From: Paraspadella gotoi
Lineage: Eukaryota > Animalia > Chaetognatha
Length of the DNA stretch: 64,000 nt
Direction: 5' to 3'
Assembly (NCBI GenBank): GCA_051294375.1
Contig: CM119265.1
Location: 17,850,893-17,914,892, forward strand
Shown here: positions 32,249 to 45,803 of the stretch, one piece after another
Numbering within the stretch: position 1 is the first letter of the stretch
How the letters are laid out: the number at the start of each line of letters is the position of its first letter
The notes under the pieces: generated by a model
Told to the model about the DNA's origin: nothing
What the model saw: the letters and a program-made list of their open reading frames with translations, nothing else
Databases searched by the model: none
Program-made: the position numbers and the translations under genes

Positions 32249-33377
32249 TTAAAACGTGAAATTCAACGCGCGACCGCCCCCCCCTCATTCGCCCTCCCCT
32301 TCCAATCCATCGCCCACCTTCGTCCGCCACTCAGAAATAAAGGGATCCTCGTGGGGTCGTTTCACCTTTGACCCTCGAACCCGGGGCGACCCTTTTTCCG
32401 CGTCGCGTGTTGGCGCCGCCTCTTCTCTGACCCGGAAGCGCGATCTCGCGCGCTCCGGACGCGAGGAGGGGGGGGTCGGCGAACGTATAAGCGAAGCACG
32501 CGAAGAAGACCTCCCCGCCAAAATCTCATTCGCGTCGAAAGAAGGTGGCGACTGGTGACGTGATCTAGGTGGAGTTGAACACGCGAGGGAAGATTCGTTG
32601 TTGAGTAGGTAGGATTTTTCTTTTTTTTCGCTCAAAGGCGATTGGAACAAACGGTGGAACTGGCTGCCGAGTTTGTTTGTTTGTTTACGCGACCTTTTTC
32701 TTCACTCGCGGGTCACACTATCGCCGCTCGCGCGAAAGGGGGAAGGGGCAACTCCTGTGTCTTTGACAGGAGCATTCCCCAAACAATGCCAAGTCACTCG
32801 CCATGCATCGTCTTTTCTGTCACGGGGCGGACATCGGTCAGTGTTTCCATCGGCCGGCCGTCGTCACCAACTCGGATCTCACGCGATGGTACTTTTTCTA
32901 TTTCATTTGTGGGAAAGGGGGTGAAGTGAGAAGTGAGTTAGGGGCGTACGTGCCTTGTTATGGGTGGAGATATTTAGGACGTCACGCTACATTGGTCACG
33001 ACCAACAGCGTCTCACCAGGCTCTTAATTTTAACCCATTATCCTCGTAGCCAGAGAGGTAAAACATCACTACCCATCACCACATCGCTTCGTTTGCACAG
33101 GAGTGCAAATCGGATCGAGGGCAAAACTGGACAGAAAATTACGAAGGAATTCGAATTGAATCGACAATGGACAATATCAATTGGGTCTTTTGGATGGTCT
33201 TTTTTTATTTTCGTATGTACTATGTACTATGTAGAGCTTGACTGAGTTCAACGTTAATGAAAATATCCGCGTAGAAATCAAAACAGAATGAAAAGTGATT
33301 CATGATCATGGGAGAGCATCGTGTATTCGCCTCACGATCCGCAGATGCTGCGTGATGCCGTCAACGATGCGAACCCA

Positions 33378-33430
33378 GTGACAGGTTTTGCGTGGATCAC
33401 GTGACAGGTTCGGCGCGTATCACGTGACGA
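33378..33430. promoter_or_regulatory. Tandem palindromic E-boxes (ATCACGTGAC x2)
   Basis: TCACGTGA at 33397-33404 and 33420-33427 within a 23-bp tandem duplication; matches the USF/MITF-TFE-type motif. Function inferred only. Confidence 0.35.
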
Positions 33431-34389
33431 GCGTTTGTTCGACACCGGTTTATCGAAACGGAGGCATTAAATTCAAAGAGGAAAACAGATTTATAATTTT
33501 TGGCAGGAACGACGACGTCGACGACGACGACAACGGCCTCACGTTCCTTTCTCCCCAGCGTTCACGAGATTTTCACCCCGGGTAGGTGAAGCGAGTGAGT
33601 GAGAATCCTTCGGGCGTTTTACGAAACTCACTCAACGCGCGAGTGAAACATGAAGCGTCAGTTTGTTTGTTGACAACCGAAGATCAAAATTTCTTTTTTT
33701 TTTTAACGACCCCAGTTCTCTCACCCGCAAATATCATGTTTTTTTCTTAACTGAACTTTCACTGTCGAGAATCTTACCAGTTTTACCTGAATTCTTTAGC
33801 CTGAGGCATGATAAGAGTAGACAAAATGTTATCGGAAATATTCCTTTTGAAATTGGTAAAACCAAAATAAAATTATCCATTCATTCGATGAATAAATCTT
33901 TACTTTAAACAGGTTATTGCGGGGACATCTAGATTCCTCTTACACTTGCAGTCTAGATTAATAAGTACCTGGATTCCTTATCAATGAAATGGAATAATGT
34001 TTTTTTATGAACAGTTGTGGCAAGTAAATGGGACGAGGTTCGGATCGAGAATGATTTTATTCTCCAACAACAAATACAAAAATCAACAAGTGAAAATGCT
34101 AAGTCAAAAACAGTAAACAATAACTTTACAAGTGAGAAAGAGAAAGTTCGACCAGAGTTCTTGATCTGATAAGTTCGCGTGTTGTTATTGCCGCACAGCA
34201 TCAATTTGACGTAAGTAGTATTATATTGTACTCCTTACTAGCATCAAAATACAAAGAGCTTATTTTTCGAGTAAGTAGCCTCATATATCCCCAATAAGCG
34301 AGCATGATTCTTTGAAAATAAATTAATTCGCAAAAACGAAAATTCTAAAATCTAAAATAAAACTTTGTCGATTTTCGTTCTTTATTCAG

Positions 34390-34617
34390 GCCTGGCAGCG
34401 AATCGCGATTTCGCATTTCGGGAGAGTAATTAAACCGGAAAAGCAAACATTTACGCCGCCGATCGAAGCGGCGACGTCAAACGGGCGCCGCCGACGCCGC
34501 TCGTCCGAACAGCGCCGGGATTTTTTGGCCGACGCCGTCAGCAAATTACCCTACGAACGTCGGCTCCGCTTTGGAGTGGCGGCCGAGAATTCGTCGCGTT
34601 CGGGAGTTGGGCGCTGA
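34390..34617 (+). CDS. Possible isolated terminal coding exon, unknown gene
   Basis: Acceptor ttcgttctttattcag|G followed by the only open frame, AWQRIAISHFGRVIKPEKQTFTPPIEAATSNGRRRRRSSEQRRDFLADAVSKLPYERRLRFGVAAENSSRSGVGR*; GC-rich like verified exons. No partner exons found. Confidence 0.22.
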   Translation, partial: AWQRIAISHFGRVIKPEKQTFTPPIEAATSNGRRRRRSSEQRRDFLADAVSKLPYERRLRFGVAAENSSRSGVGR

Positions 34618-35987
34618 TTTTTTCCAAAAATCGACTGAGGGTAGTTTGGAGCCGTCATTTCCAGCGGTCGGCCGGGGCCGCATTGGCCGAATCGGAATCG
34701 GCCGGCATCCGGCGTTATCGGCCGGTTTCTCTCGCCACCAGCCGACTGCTGGTACATACAATTGACCGGGAATTTCCCTTTTCTTTCTCTCGATTTCCTC
34801 TTTTGTCCGCTGAAAAAGTAATTTTCGCCTCGTCCAAAACGGTCTTATACAGTCCCGACTGTATAATCCGTTTCGCTCTTTATTGTCGCGTTGACAGCTC
34901 GATACGGACGATCGCAGTTTATTACACTGTACTGTCATCTGGCGAATATATTGGTATTTTGCGGCATTCTGATTTTGGCAAAGAGATTTGGATGTAGCGT
35001 CTTTCGACGTAGGGAGGCTACGTCGTGGCCTTGGATCCCTTTTTCCTTTTCATTTTCTTTCTTTTCTTTCTTTTTCTTTCCTTTCTTTTTTCTGCTTTCT
35101 TTTCTATCCAATTTTCTCTTCTTTATTTCGTTGCTTTCGGAACGAGAGAGGAATTCTGATACATTCCTTTGCCTTGGCCTTTCCGGTCAAATATCTGTTT
35201 TCTGAATTACAAACAAAAAAGTAATATATTTGGTATCACAAACAACCCATCTTGGGCCATCGTTCTTTTTTTTTTTTGGCCCGAAAAATATGGTAAATGG
35301 TAAATACCCCAAAGAGCAAGCTATTCCTGTTCCTATTCTGATCATAAACCATAGATCACTTTTGGGCGTCACCAAACTTCCAATTTTATATTCCTTCCAA
35401 TATTTATGAAGATATATTTTTTTTCTTCCGCTTTTTCTTCTCTCTCGTCGTTCATTTTTCTATTTAGGGTTTGACTGTCATAACCGATAATGTTTTTCCC
35501 GCTTTTTCCCGGTTTTTCTTTTCGTAATTTTTTTCGACTTTTTTCCCTTCAGGATGTTTTATTTGGGAGGGCGTGGTGGTTAAGGTGGGTGGTGAAAGTG
35601 GTGAAACGGTGCAGCTGGTGCATGTGAAGATGGAATAAATCTGAGAATCCAGTTCCAGCATCTTGTGAGATATGTATTGGCCGGGAAATCAATCAAGACG
35701 TCAAATGAGTCTGGCAGATACGTTTGCGTTTATTCAGGTTGTTGAAAAAGGGGAGAAAAGATTATTACCAGCTCAAAATTGTGCCTGAAAATGTACATCT
35801 CTCATTATCTGATTTAAAGTGGGGGGTTTTTCTTCGAAAATATTTACGATTATTTGAATTCAACTCTTCACTGATAACCACCATCATCACCTCTCGTGAA
35901 CGCCTAATTTGAAGCGTGATTTTTTTTGCAGATTCGTACAATTTACGCACACGAACAAACGACGGAAGTTCGTGGCGCCGAAAAAAC

Positions 35988-36035
<48 letters not shown>

Positions 36036-36122
36036 AGAGAGGAGAGAGAGAGAGAGAGAAGAGAAGAGAGAGAGAGAAGAGATAGGCTCAATATATCGAC
36101 TCACCCTTCTTGGTCGAATGCG

Positions 36123-37118
36123 TCAGCTTCCTCTTCCATGACGTCGTTCGACAACTGTTTCTAGGAAATCTTCGTCATCGTCGTCCGCCTCAAAAACGGG
36201 ATTGTCCTCTCCCCCTGCCCCTGCCCCTGCCCCGGCCGACCCTTTTTCCTCCTCCTCTCCCTCCATCCCTTCCTCCTCCTCCTCCCCCTCCTTCCTCCCC
36301 CGCTTGGAGGGTCCAGTCGCCGGGTTGTCGAAATGCCAGGCGATCGGCGACGGCGTCACGCGGCCGCCGCTTCCGTCGCGAGGAATTCCGGTGAAGTCCG
36401 CCACCACGCGGGAGGATGTCTCTCTGACGGTGTGTGGGGGGGAAGGGCGAAAGGGCAATGGGAGAGAGAGAGAGAGAGAGAGGGGAAGGAGAAAGTGAGA
36501 GAGAAAAGAGAAAGGTGGAAAGATAAGTAGAAGGTAAGAAAGAAAGATCGTCAGTTCTACATACGAATTTGCATATTAATTTAACAGTTCCATAATGATG
36601 AGAAAAAAATGAGCTTTCTTACAAGACAAAGTGTCGGAGACGTTTTCCTAATCCAGGGGCCCGAGACGCTCGATTTGCCGCCACCTGAAAAAACATGGCG
36701 GAGAATTATAAACGTGTAAGCCGATGTAACTTTACAGATATGATTCTTTTATAAATTTTAAAATAATAATTAATTATTTTTTTCGAACGTCGAACCCCCT
36801 CACCGAAACGGAGGGCAAAACGCCAGCGGGCCCGCCTCTTCCATAAGGGGATATGTTGAAGCGTTGTTGAAACTGTTGCTGCAGCAACTGCTGCTGGTAC
36901 AGCAGTTGCTGGTGCGGGTTGAGGTTTCTCAGTTGTTGTAACTGTTCTTGCTGTATGCACGGTTGTCGTTCCGGCGTTGATGGTTGTTGCAACTGTTGCT
37001 GTTGTTCTTGCAGTTCTCCTGGCGGCTGCTGCTGTTGCTGATCTCCAGAACTGACGCTTACAGATCCCCAGACCACCCTCTGTCCGGAAGCTGCTCGTGA
37101 TGGAGACGGCGAACTCAT
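36123..37118 (-). CDS. Uncharacterised glutamine-rich protein with acidic tail (~225 aa; exons 37118-36804, 36684-36623, 36423-36123)
   Basis: Two GT-AG introns (tcg|gtgagg..ttcag|gtg; tt|gtaaga..gtcag|a) with matching phases 0 and 2 give one frame: MSSPSPSRAASG...QQQLLQQQFQQRF...PSVS|VAANRASRAPGLGKRLRHFV(L)|ETSSRVVADFTG...EDFLETVVERRHGRGS*. The frame stays open up to ~37493, so the 5' end may lie further upstream. Confidence 0.65.
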
Positions 37119-37902
37119 TTTCGGTAATTTTCTGGAGAAAATTGCGAATGGAGATTTGATAAACAAAGATGGCCGCCGATTCTGTGGCCATGGAAACTCA
37201 CCCGAAGCCGCGTTATAACTCTTTAGGCGCTGATCGCTCGGAAGACGTGGCCGTTCGAATCCAAAGCCGAGGATCCGCGCTCTTTTTTTTTGTGGGCAAA
37301 CGGCGCTGAATGTCAAAGGTGGCGCCGCCGCGACGCCGGCGACGTTCGCGTCGACGCCAGTTTCATTGCCGAGAGTCGAAAAGAAAGGGGAAGGAAAAAA
37401 AGCGGACAGCGCTGAAAGAGCTAATCGGCGTTCACCTAGAGGGATCAAAAAAGGTAAGTTAAGACGTTCACTGCAAATGCATTCCTGCCTTAATTAACAC
37501 TCCGTTCAATGCGGGAGTGAAAAATACGCATCAAGTCAGCATCCAAAGAAGATGGAGAGCTCCTATGTGCACTGCGCAACGAGGCACCGTTTTAACAAGG
37601 CCCTCACGTGCGAAAATGGGCCGGAAAAAGAATTGCAGAATCAATACCACCCACTTCAGCCTCAACAACAGAAATGGTGGCGCAATAAAAAAGTCAAGAG
37701 AGTTTTCTCGTTTTCCGTCGCGCGGGAGTCTCTTTATGGCCTGGACTCCGCTGGTTAGACCGATCGACAAAATGTTCTAATAAAATATATTATAATGGGC
37801 GATTTTAGTTTTATTGCACGCCAAAAAAGAAAAGGGGGAAAAAATCCCGTTTTAATAATTTATTTGGATCCGGAGGAGAGAGAGGGACGAGAGATGACGA
37901 TT

Positions 37903-37933
<31 letters not shown>

Positions 37934-39416
37934 GAGAGAGAGAGAGAGAGATGTAGTATGAGATAAGAGGGAGGATCAGAGAAGATATGATCGAACCGAT
38001 TATGTCGCTAATACAAAGAGAAGTGAGAGGAGAAAGGGAAAGAATGTATACATAAATGAGATGCCAAGGAGCAGATGAGGCGAGAAAGCAGGAGGGGCAG
38101 GATACAAGGGAGGGGACGAGTCGGAGGATGGGAGATGGGGAATAAGAGGAGGATCTAAATCAGTGGACGCGAAGGGAGATGCGAAAAAGCAAATATACGC
38201 CGAAGGGAGAGCGAGGAGAGAGATGAGCCGAAAATGAAGTGGTGATTTACACGTACTACTTGTGTGGGTGGTGAAGAGAGAGGCCGACGAAAGACGACTG
38301 ATATAGAAGACGGAGAGAGGGGAAGATGGAGGACCAGACCCGATGAAATTTAAAAAAAAATGATAAGAAAGAGATATCAAAAACAAAAATAAAACGCAAA
38401 AAAATTAGGGAAAATAAAGTAAAGAAATCTTAAAAAAAAATGGGGAAAAAATGGCGAAATGCAAAAAGTAATTGGTATTTTCTTTAAACGAGTCTCATTT
38501 CCTCAGCAAAGAAATTATCTTTTTAAATACTCTCCCAGTCGCTGAAAAAGCCATTAAATTGAGTGGAGAGATTGTAATTAGTCTCGCAAATGTTTTTCGG
38601 ACTTTTTTCCTCGGAGACGAGAAAGTGAGATGCCAACAGAAATCAAACTGTAGTTAAGTTACAACAAAATTAAAATAAATTAAGCAATGAAAACTGATTT
38701 CAGAATTAAAATCATTTTTCTCAAAAATTGAAACTTAACAAATATATTTAAAAGCATTCAAGTAATATCGATGTGAACATCACGTGATAAACATCATTCG
38801 TTTCACTTTTTCAGCAACCGTGACCGTCACTGCCAGCCCAACCCTTTTCTCTCACCCACACTCACCAAATTCTCAAGGAGGATCAATTGTTCACGATCGT
38901 CATTTCCGGAATTTAAACGTTTTTTTTCTTTTTTGTTTTTCCTTCTTTTTCTTCGCTCCTCTGTTTCTTCTTTGTTTCGCTCTAATAGAAATCAGCCAAA
39001 AACGTTCGCCGGGGTAAGAGTCCGTAGCAAAAAGTGTTGAGAATGTCGTTAAAATTAATTTGTTTTTTTGGGGGATATGCCGTTTGTCAGTCGTCGGAAA
39101 ATTTCGTTGAAATTAAAAAAAAAAACGTTCGCCAGTTTATTTACTTATTTTTAAAAAAATATATCCACGGAAGAACTTTCAGTTTTCCCCGCAAAATTTT
39201 GGAAAAAATTAAAACAAAAAACAAAACAAAAAATGTAAGAAGTCGATTCTTTTTGTTTTTTTGTTTTTTTTTATATTTCGATCGAAGATCTTTTTTTTTT
39301 CCCGCTTCTTCCCCAATGGCTCCTCCGTTGCGGCGACTCCGGAGCCCAGAGTCGGAAGTGGGGACGCCGCGCAAAGTGAGAAACTCGATTCTCACGAAGA
39401 CGAGAACTCCACCTCG

Positions 39417-39475
39417 TGACGTCATCGGGATTTTCGCGTCGACGCGTCATTGGCTGCAAAGGAGAGCCAATGACG
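39417..39475. promoter_or_regulatory. CRE plus inverted CCAAT pair
   Basis: TGACGTCA at 39417-39424; palindrome cgcgtcgacgcg; perfect 11-bp inverted repeat cgtcattggct(N9)agccaatgacg. Confidence 0.4.
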
Positions 39476-40219
39476 GATGGGAAAAGACGCGGAGGAGGAG
39501 AGGAGAGAAATAGGGAGTTTAGGAAGACTGGGGGGGGGGAAGGAGGAAAGCGTTTTGAAAGAGAGGGAAGGTGAGAGAACTAAATAGAAAGAAAAGGAAA
39601 ATGATAAGGGATAGAGAAACGCTTATGATGGAAAAAAATCAAACATATCAAAGAAAAGGAAAGAAAAAAAAAACATTTCAAAAAAGGACAAAGAGGGCAA
39701 ACAGTGAACTAAAGTTTTCTTTCATCTTCTGTGGAAGATAGCAGAAGAGAGAAAAAACAGACGAGGGTGAATATTCAGGTTTTGACTCCTAACATCGTCC
39801 GGATATTCCCCACGGCGAATGGATGTCGGGGGGTAGCGAATGGAGGAGAAAAGAAAAGGGCAGTGAGGAAGACGAGAAAAGGAAAAAAAAATATATAAAG
39901 AATCTTCGTCCGTGACGCGAACCGGGTTTCGCGTCGACCGGTGATTGGTCGAGGTTTGGCGCGATTTTCAAGAGGCCGAACCAATGAGAGTGCAAAAAAT
40001 AAGGGTGAAAGGAGGGGGATATTGGTTAAGTGAAATGGGAAGAAAGAACGAAGCTTTGACGCGTCATTTCCATGATGTATCACTGCGCGAAAGTGAAGAA
40101 ATTCATCGGTAAGAGGGGGGGGCACCGATATTTCATTCTCGTTCAACGAAAATGTGACAAATTTTCCTTAGAATCGGTTTTAATATTTTCTTAATTTTAC
40201 GCGATATCTTGGTCGCTCA

Positions 40220-40262
<43 letters not shown>

Positions 40263-40510
40263 TTTGTTACTGTCGTTCTCGTCATGGACGGAAAGAGTGA
40301 AAGCCGACAACACGATCAGGTGACGCGAAAAATGGGGACCAAAGTGAAAGAAAATTTGAATTTGATGGGAGAGAGAGAGAGAGAGATGAGAGAGAGAGAG
40401 ACGAGAGGAGAGAGAGAGAGAGAGAGAGAGATGAGAGGAGAGAGACGAGAGAGAGAGAGACACAAACAGACAGACTGACTGGCAGCCAGAGGGGAGAATC
40501 GGAAACAAAC

Positions 40511-40535
40511 CCAATATGCAAATTCAATGACGTCA
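40511..40535. promoter_or_regulatory. CCAAT-octamer-CRE cluster
   Basis: CCAAT 40511-40515, ATGCAAAT 40516-40523, TGACGTCA 40528-40535. Confidence 0.35.
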
Positions 40536-40620
40536 GATTTCCCTTCAGAACAAAAGGTGAAGACAGGATAAAAAAAAAGGAGCCATTTTTTATTTACTTT
40601 TCAACTCGAAGAGCGGCCAT

Positions 40621-40925
40621 CTTTATTTTTCTTTTTTTTCCTTTTCTTTTCTTTTCTTTTCTTTTCTTTTCTTTTCTTTTCTTTTCTTTTCTTTTCTTTT
40701 CTTTTCTTTTCTTTTCTTTTCTTTTCTTTTCTTTTTACTTTTATCAAATTTTTTAAATATTGTTGTTATTTTTTTTCTTTCCTTTTTTTTTCCTTCCTTT
40801 CTTGTGCTTCTTCTTCTTCTTCTCTTTCTTTCTTTCTTTCTTTCTTCTTTCTTTCTTTCTTTCTCTTCTTCTTTCTTCTCTTTCTTTCTTTTCTTTCTTC
40901 CTTTTTTCTTTATTTTCGCTTTTTT
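40621..40925. repeat. (TTTTC)n/(TTTC)n polypyrimidine microsatellite (representative of many)
   Basis: Visible directly. Similar tracts at ~7190-7480, 8460-8730, 22935-23220, 42005-42120, 49025-49200, 59300-59430, plus many (AG)n tracts. Confidence 0.95.
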
Positions 40926-41779
40926 CCATACTTTACCTATTGCCTTTTTCATTAATCATTACTGCCAAGTCTTATATGATTACATTGAACAACTATCAAA
41001 TTAGATCCTGACTCTTCCGGCACGAATCGCTCTTTCGGTCTCTTCTTATCTCTCAACCGCCAATAGATGTCCCGCGACGAAGGACGCCATCAGTCCTCGC
41101 GATTTCTAGCGGTGATCGACGTCTCGCCTCGACACGTGAGCTTCGTGCATTCGCACGCTAGTTTGGCGTCTCCCAGTTAACGCCCCATGATGCCATTTAA
41201 CTGGATCAACCTTTTGGAAATGTACATGTAAATGGATTTTTGTTGGACTCAAATTTTTTTAAGAATCATTGGCAATATCTACTAGGATTAGACTAAAAAA
41301 CCTTCACAAAAAATGACTAGAGACTAGCGATCACGCCTTTCACCGTTTAAATCGTATGCTGTCGAAATCCCCTACATACATCGATCGGTAAAATTGGCAA
41401 AATTGTAGTTATTTAGTCGATTGGATCGGTGGAAGATGATAGCCAAGACGGTAACAATAACTCTTTACGGCTCTAAAGGATAAATCGCGGATAGTGAGCC
41501 AAAAGTTGGGTGGCAAAGGTTCAAACGAGGTTCTGGATATTAATACGCCTGGACGAAAAAAGCTAAAATTAATGATAGAAGAATGTAATACATTTGCTAA
41601 AAGCTATTTAGTCGTCGTGAATACAGCGGTGATGGATGTACATCGCTTTTAGTACGATGACCAGTAATGAAGAAGAAACAACGAAATTGACAATTTTGGA
41701 AAAGCAACGATCGATAATAACCAGGATAAGAATCGTCTATGATGGGATCTTCTTTAATCCGTCGCGACCTTGGATAAGA

Positions 41780-41789
41780 NNNNNNNNNN
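41780..41789. other. Assembly gap (10 N)
   Basis: N run. Confidence 0.99.
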
Positions 41790-42014
41790 ATTATAAACGG
41801 ATATCGCGCTCGATGATCCCCTTCATCTTTCACAAGCGTCGCCAGTGTGATTCGCTTGGACTCTCACGGCCCCGATTCTGTGAACCGTCTCGAGACGAAG
41901 CCGCTTTTTTTTTACGCGCGTTCATTTTGTGCCTTAGAAGGGACGAGGGTTAAATTTTCCAGTCATTATTTTTTTCTTCACCACTTATTTTGCCTATTTT
42001 AATTTTTTTTTTCT

Positions 42015-42102
<88 letters not shown>

Positions 42103-43673
42103 TTTTTATTTCTTTCTTTTTATATCGAGCTGTCCCAGTGTCCCGTGGCCAGATGTTGGATCTAATTTTTATCATAAACATAAAGAACAGCTGGGTGATT
42201 TTTTACAAAAGAAGCAGAAATAAGAATTGACGCACTCAAAAACGAAACGCTTGAAATGTGATACTAAGAAAATTCTTTCTTCTTTCTTTCTCTCTATTTT
42301 TTCTCTCTCACTATCTCTTTCTCTTTTACAACACTTTTTCTCCCACTCTCTCTCCCCTACTACGTTAAAACTTTAATTAAAGTTTTCTTCCTCGTTCCGG
42401 ATTTATTTCAGACGGAAATTGTGCATATCATTCACGCAACCACAGAAATGTATACGAAGATAATTTTAAAAAAACTTCATAATAATTTATACTGGTTATT
42501 GCGATGAATTCTAAAAAAATTGAGGTTTGTCCTTTTTCTCGAGCTACACGAGTGTTCTTTTTCTATCTAATTTCAAAAAGCGACTACAGAGGGTGAAGGA
42601 AAAAAAATGAATAAGTGAGGCAGAGAAAACAAAAGAACAGCGAGGTTCGTAAAACAGTTGTCATAGTTCATTTAAAATAAATTAAAAAATGGTTGGGAGA
42701 ATTTGCAAAATATTTCCACTAACGAAAGCATCGCCAGCACCCCGGTTCTCATCGGCTTCTTCCTGCCACTCCCACTGAATAATTTCTCATTAAAGATTTT
42801 TCATTGTTTTCTCAACGATTTTTTTTTTGAAAGGCAAACATCCCGAAGGTATTTATTTGTTTAATTTTTATTTTCTTACTGATTGTATGTAACAGAATTT
42901 TAAACAGAAATTCTAGAATCAGGATTTTATGAGTAGTTCACCATATAAAACTATTCAAATCCATTATTTTACCCCAAATACTACAAAAAGTTTGAATTTT
43001 GCCAAGCATGTTTCGTGCAATAGGTTTATTAATATAAATAAAAGTATAAAGATTAATAAAACTTGAAAAAATTTCCTAAAAAGTCATTAAAACGTCCGGC
43101 TGGCCAATGGAACCTCGCACCGCTTCGTTCGTCAGTTTTGTTCTTTGATTCGATTTTGATATTCGAGCTCAGGCCCGGAATCCTTGCATCCATTACGGTG
43201 ATCCCGATCATATTTTTCATTGCGAATTTCAATTCATTCAGAAACCACCAAACCAAACCAAACCACCAAAGAATAATTTAAGAACAACTAATCGGAAGCG
43301 ATTGTTCTTTTTGTCTCCCTCTATAAGTCCCTTTTCGGTCGGTCGGACCGTCGGTCCGTCGGTATGTCCAACTTTCGTTAAAAATGCTCAACTTGCATAT
43401 GGTTGGTTGCTCATTTGTTAAGACAGGAAAAAACCTCAAATCTAAGCGACTGCTAGCGCCGCCTTCAGGAAATAAAAGACCAAAGACAAAAGACAAAATA
43501 CAAAATTTAGATACAATGCGTGTCATAAATATACGGGCGAAGAAAGTTATGGTAGTCATGTAGTCATGTCATGTTACATCGTCATGTCATATAATGTCAT
43601 GTCATGTCTTGTCACAAAAAATATATGTGATAAGGCAGTCACTGGGGCGCAACACATTTGAATTACGTTCATG

Positions 43674-43708
<35 letters not shown>

Positions 43709-44646
43709 TCTTCTCTCTCTCTCTCTGTCTCCTCTCTCTCTCATCTCTCTCTCTCTCTCTATCTCTCTCCTTCCCTCCCAAAACTAGAAACAGGTCGTTT
43801 GGGTAGGTATTTGGTTGCCATGAGCATTGTTATGAGGAAGAGAAAATCAGAGAAGCGGACACGAGGGAGGAAGAATGAGGGGAAGGGCGGGAAGTGCAAG
43901 AGGCAATCGAGTGATAAATTGGCTTAAAGCAGAAAGAGCAAAGAAGCTGAAAATGGAAAAAAATTGAAGAAAAGTCAATTATGAAATTGTGAGGAAAACT
44001 AGAGAGAGAGAGAGGGAAAGAGTGGTTTTTGTGGTGGGCCCATCGCCTTTGCTCATACCGTATGTCATTTCTCGTCGTAGGCAGGAACGAAGTTTTTGCA
44101 TTAACGTATATAAAATATATAAAATGATGCAATTGATGCGTCATGGCTTATCTCAGTAATTAGTTTCAGAAGAACCTTTTTTACAGTGATGCTTGAAAAA
44201 CCTATGTCTTTTTATACTTTTAAACCGGAAACGACCATCCAAGACAGACTTTACCTAAGACATCCACATTTACCAAAATAATAAATCGAGCAAATCTATA
44301 GCCCAAACAATAGAATGAAAAACGGGACTTTTCAAAAAAAAAGTATAAAAAAGTTTCACGTTTCCTTCAAAATTCATCACGTCGAAAATTATTTCGCCCA
44401 AAACGCCAGAACGCAGTATCTAGTCAGCAATCGGCCCACGGCTCGTTCGCTAAAAGCTCAAAGAATATCTGTTCCGACTTTTTTATCCCTTGCCCTCACG
44501 TCTAAATGCTATTCAAAAGTACAAAATTAATTTTACTTTTCCTGAAAAAAACAAAAACATTAATACTAATTTCCTTTTCCGATTTGAAGAGTGACCGAGA
44601 GACGGTTGGCAATCATAGCTTTAGCACGTGCGGTTGGGTGGAGCCG

Positions 44647-45772
44647 TTAATGACAAGAAGATCCCCCTTTCCCCGACGCCCCCCCAGTTCCCCCCCCCCA
44701 TTCTCGTTTGGTGTCGGAAGCCGAGTTTTTCTCCGCTAATTGAAGCCGAGAATCCTTTTCCACGTTTTCGCTACAATTGTCATTGAATTAATAAGGGAAA
44801 CAATTTCTTTTCTCTGCTTTTGGATGCCCTTTCAATTCTATTACCTTTTTCGAGTTACTTTTTTTGTTTTCTATCATACCATATTTGAAAAATTAGACTT
44901 TCCAGTCACATTGCCATGATATCTAATTATAAATATATAATTATAAATAAATAAATATATATAACTTTATTAGTTTAAATTAATCGTCTTCGGACTTGAA
45001 CGGTAAATATTCAAAAAATCTCGTTTAATCGGTTTTCGTGGCTTTAGAATATATAATAAAAATGGATGTGAATATCAATGTTCATGATTCTTTTGTTAGG
45101 TTTATTTGCTAAACGTCAATTGTTAGGGTAAATTATTTTTAATCAAAGCGACGCTACGTTTCTCCCTAAAACTCACCCTCTATTGAGGACGAGATGCTGC
45201 AGAACTCTCCAACCCGACGCCGACGACGCCGATTTGGACGGCGTCGACGAAAACAACAACGAAAACTGGGTCGACGGCGCCGCTCGACCGAAACGAAAGC
45301 GGAAGCGGCGTCGTCGCGTCGCCGCATCGTCGAGCCGCGCCTTCCGGTCGGAGTTCGACGCCGCCCCCTTTATCGAGGAGTTGGAGGCGCGTCTAAAGCG
45401 ACGCCGCCATCGGTTGACGGAATGGCGAGCGGAAGGGAGAGAGGGACGAGGCGTCGACGAGCGGGAGCCCGCGTCGATGTTTAGATGCCTGGTGGGGTTG
45501 GTCAAAAGGAAAGGGGAATATTAAGCGGGGTAGCAAAGCAAAGAGTGAAGTATCGCATGGGTAAGTGGTAATAGGCGATGTAAATGTAAACTTAAACGTA
45601 AGAGTAGCCATATCTCAACGAAGGATTCGTTTTTGTAAAATTCAGAAAATAGAAAAAAAAAGCAGGGAAGGGAAAACAAGAAGATCAAACATTGTCAAGC
45701 ATTAAAGAGTCGTTATCCAGTCGGGGATTACAAGTGGCTCTTTCCGTTAAGAGGGAACAGAGGAAAAAAAAA

Positions 45773-45803
<31 letters not shown>

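Noticed and set aside
34390-34617. RFamide neuropeptide precursor (RRLRFG)
   Set aside because: The Gly is not followed by a basic cleavage site, the motif is single, and there is no signal peptide.
37552-37758. + strand ORF with KWWRNKK, superficially like homeodomain helix 3
   Set aside because: It lacks WFQNRR and the other homeodomain residues, and has no supported exon partners.
45183-45524. + strand 113-aa ORF with a protein-like look
   Set aside because: The strong acceptor and donor flank the - strand frame, which splices in phase with neighbouring exons; the + ORF is probably its antisense shadow.
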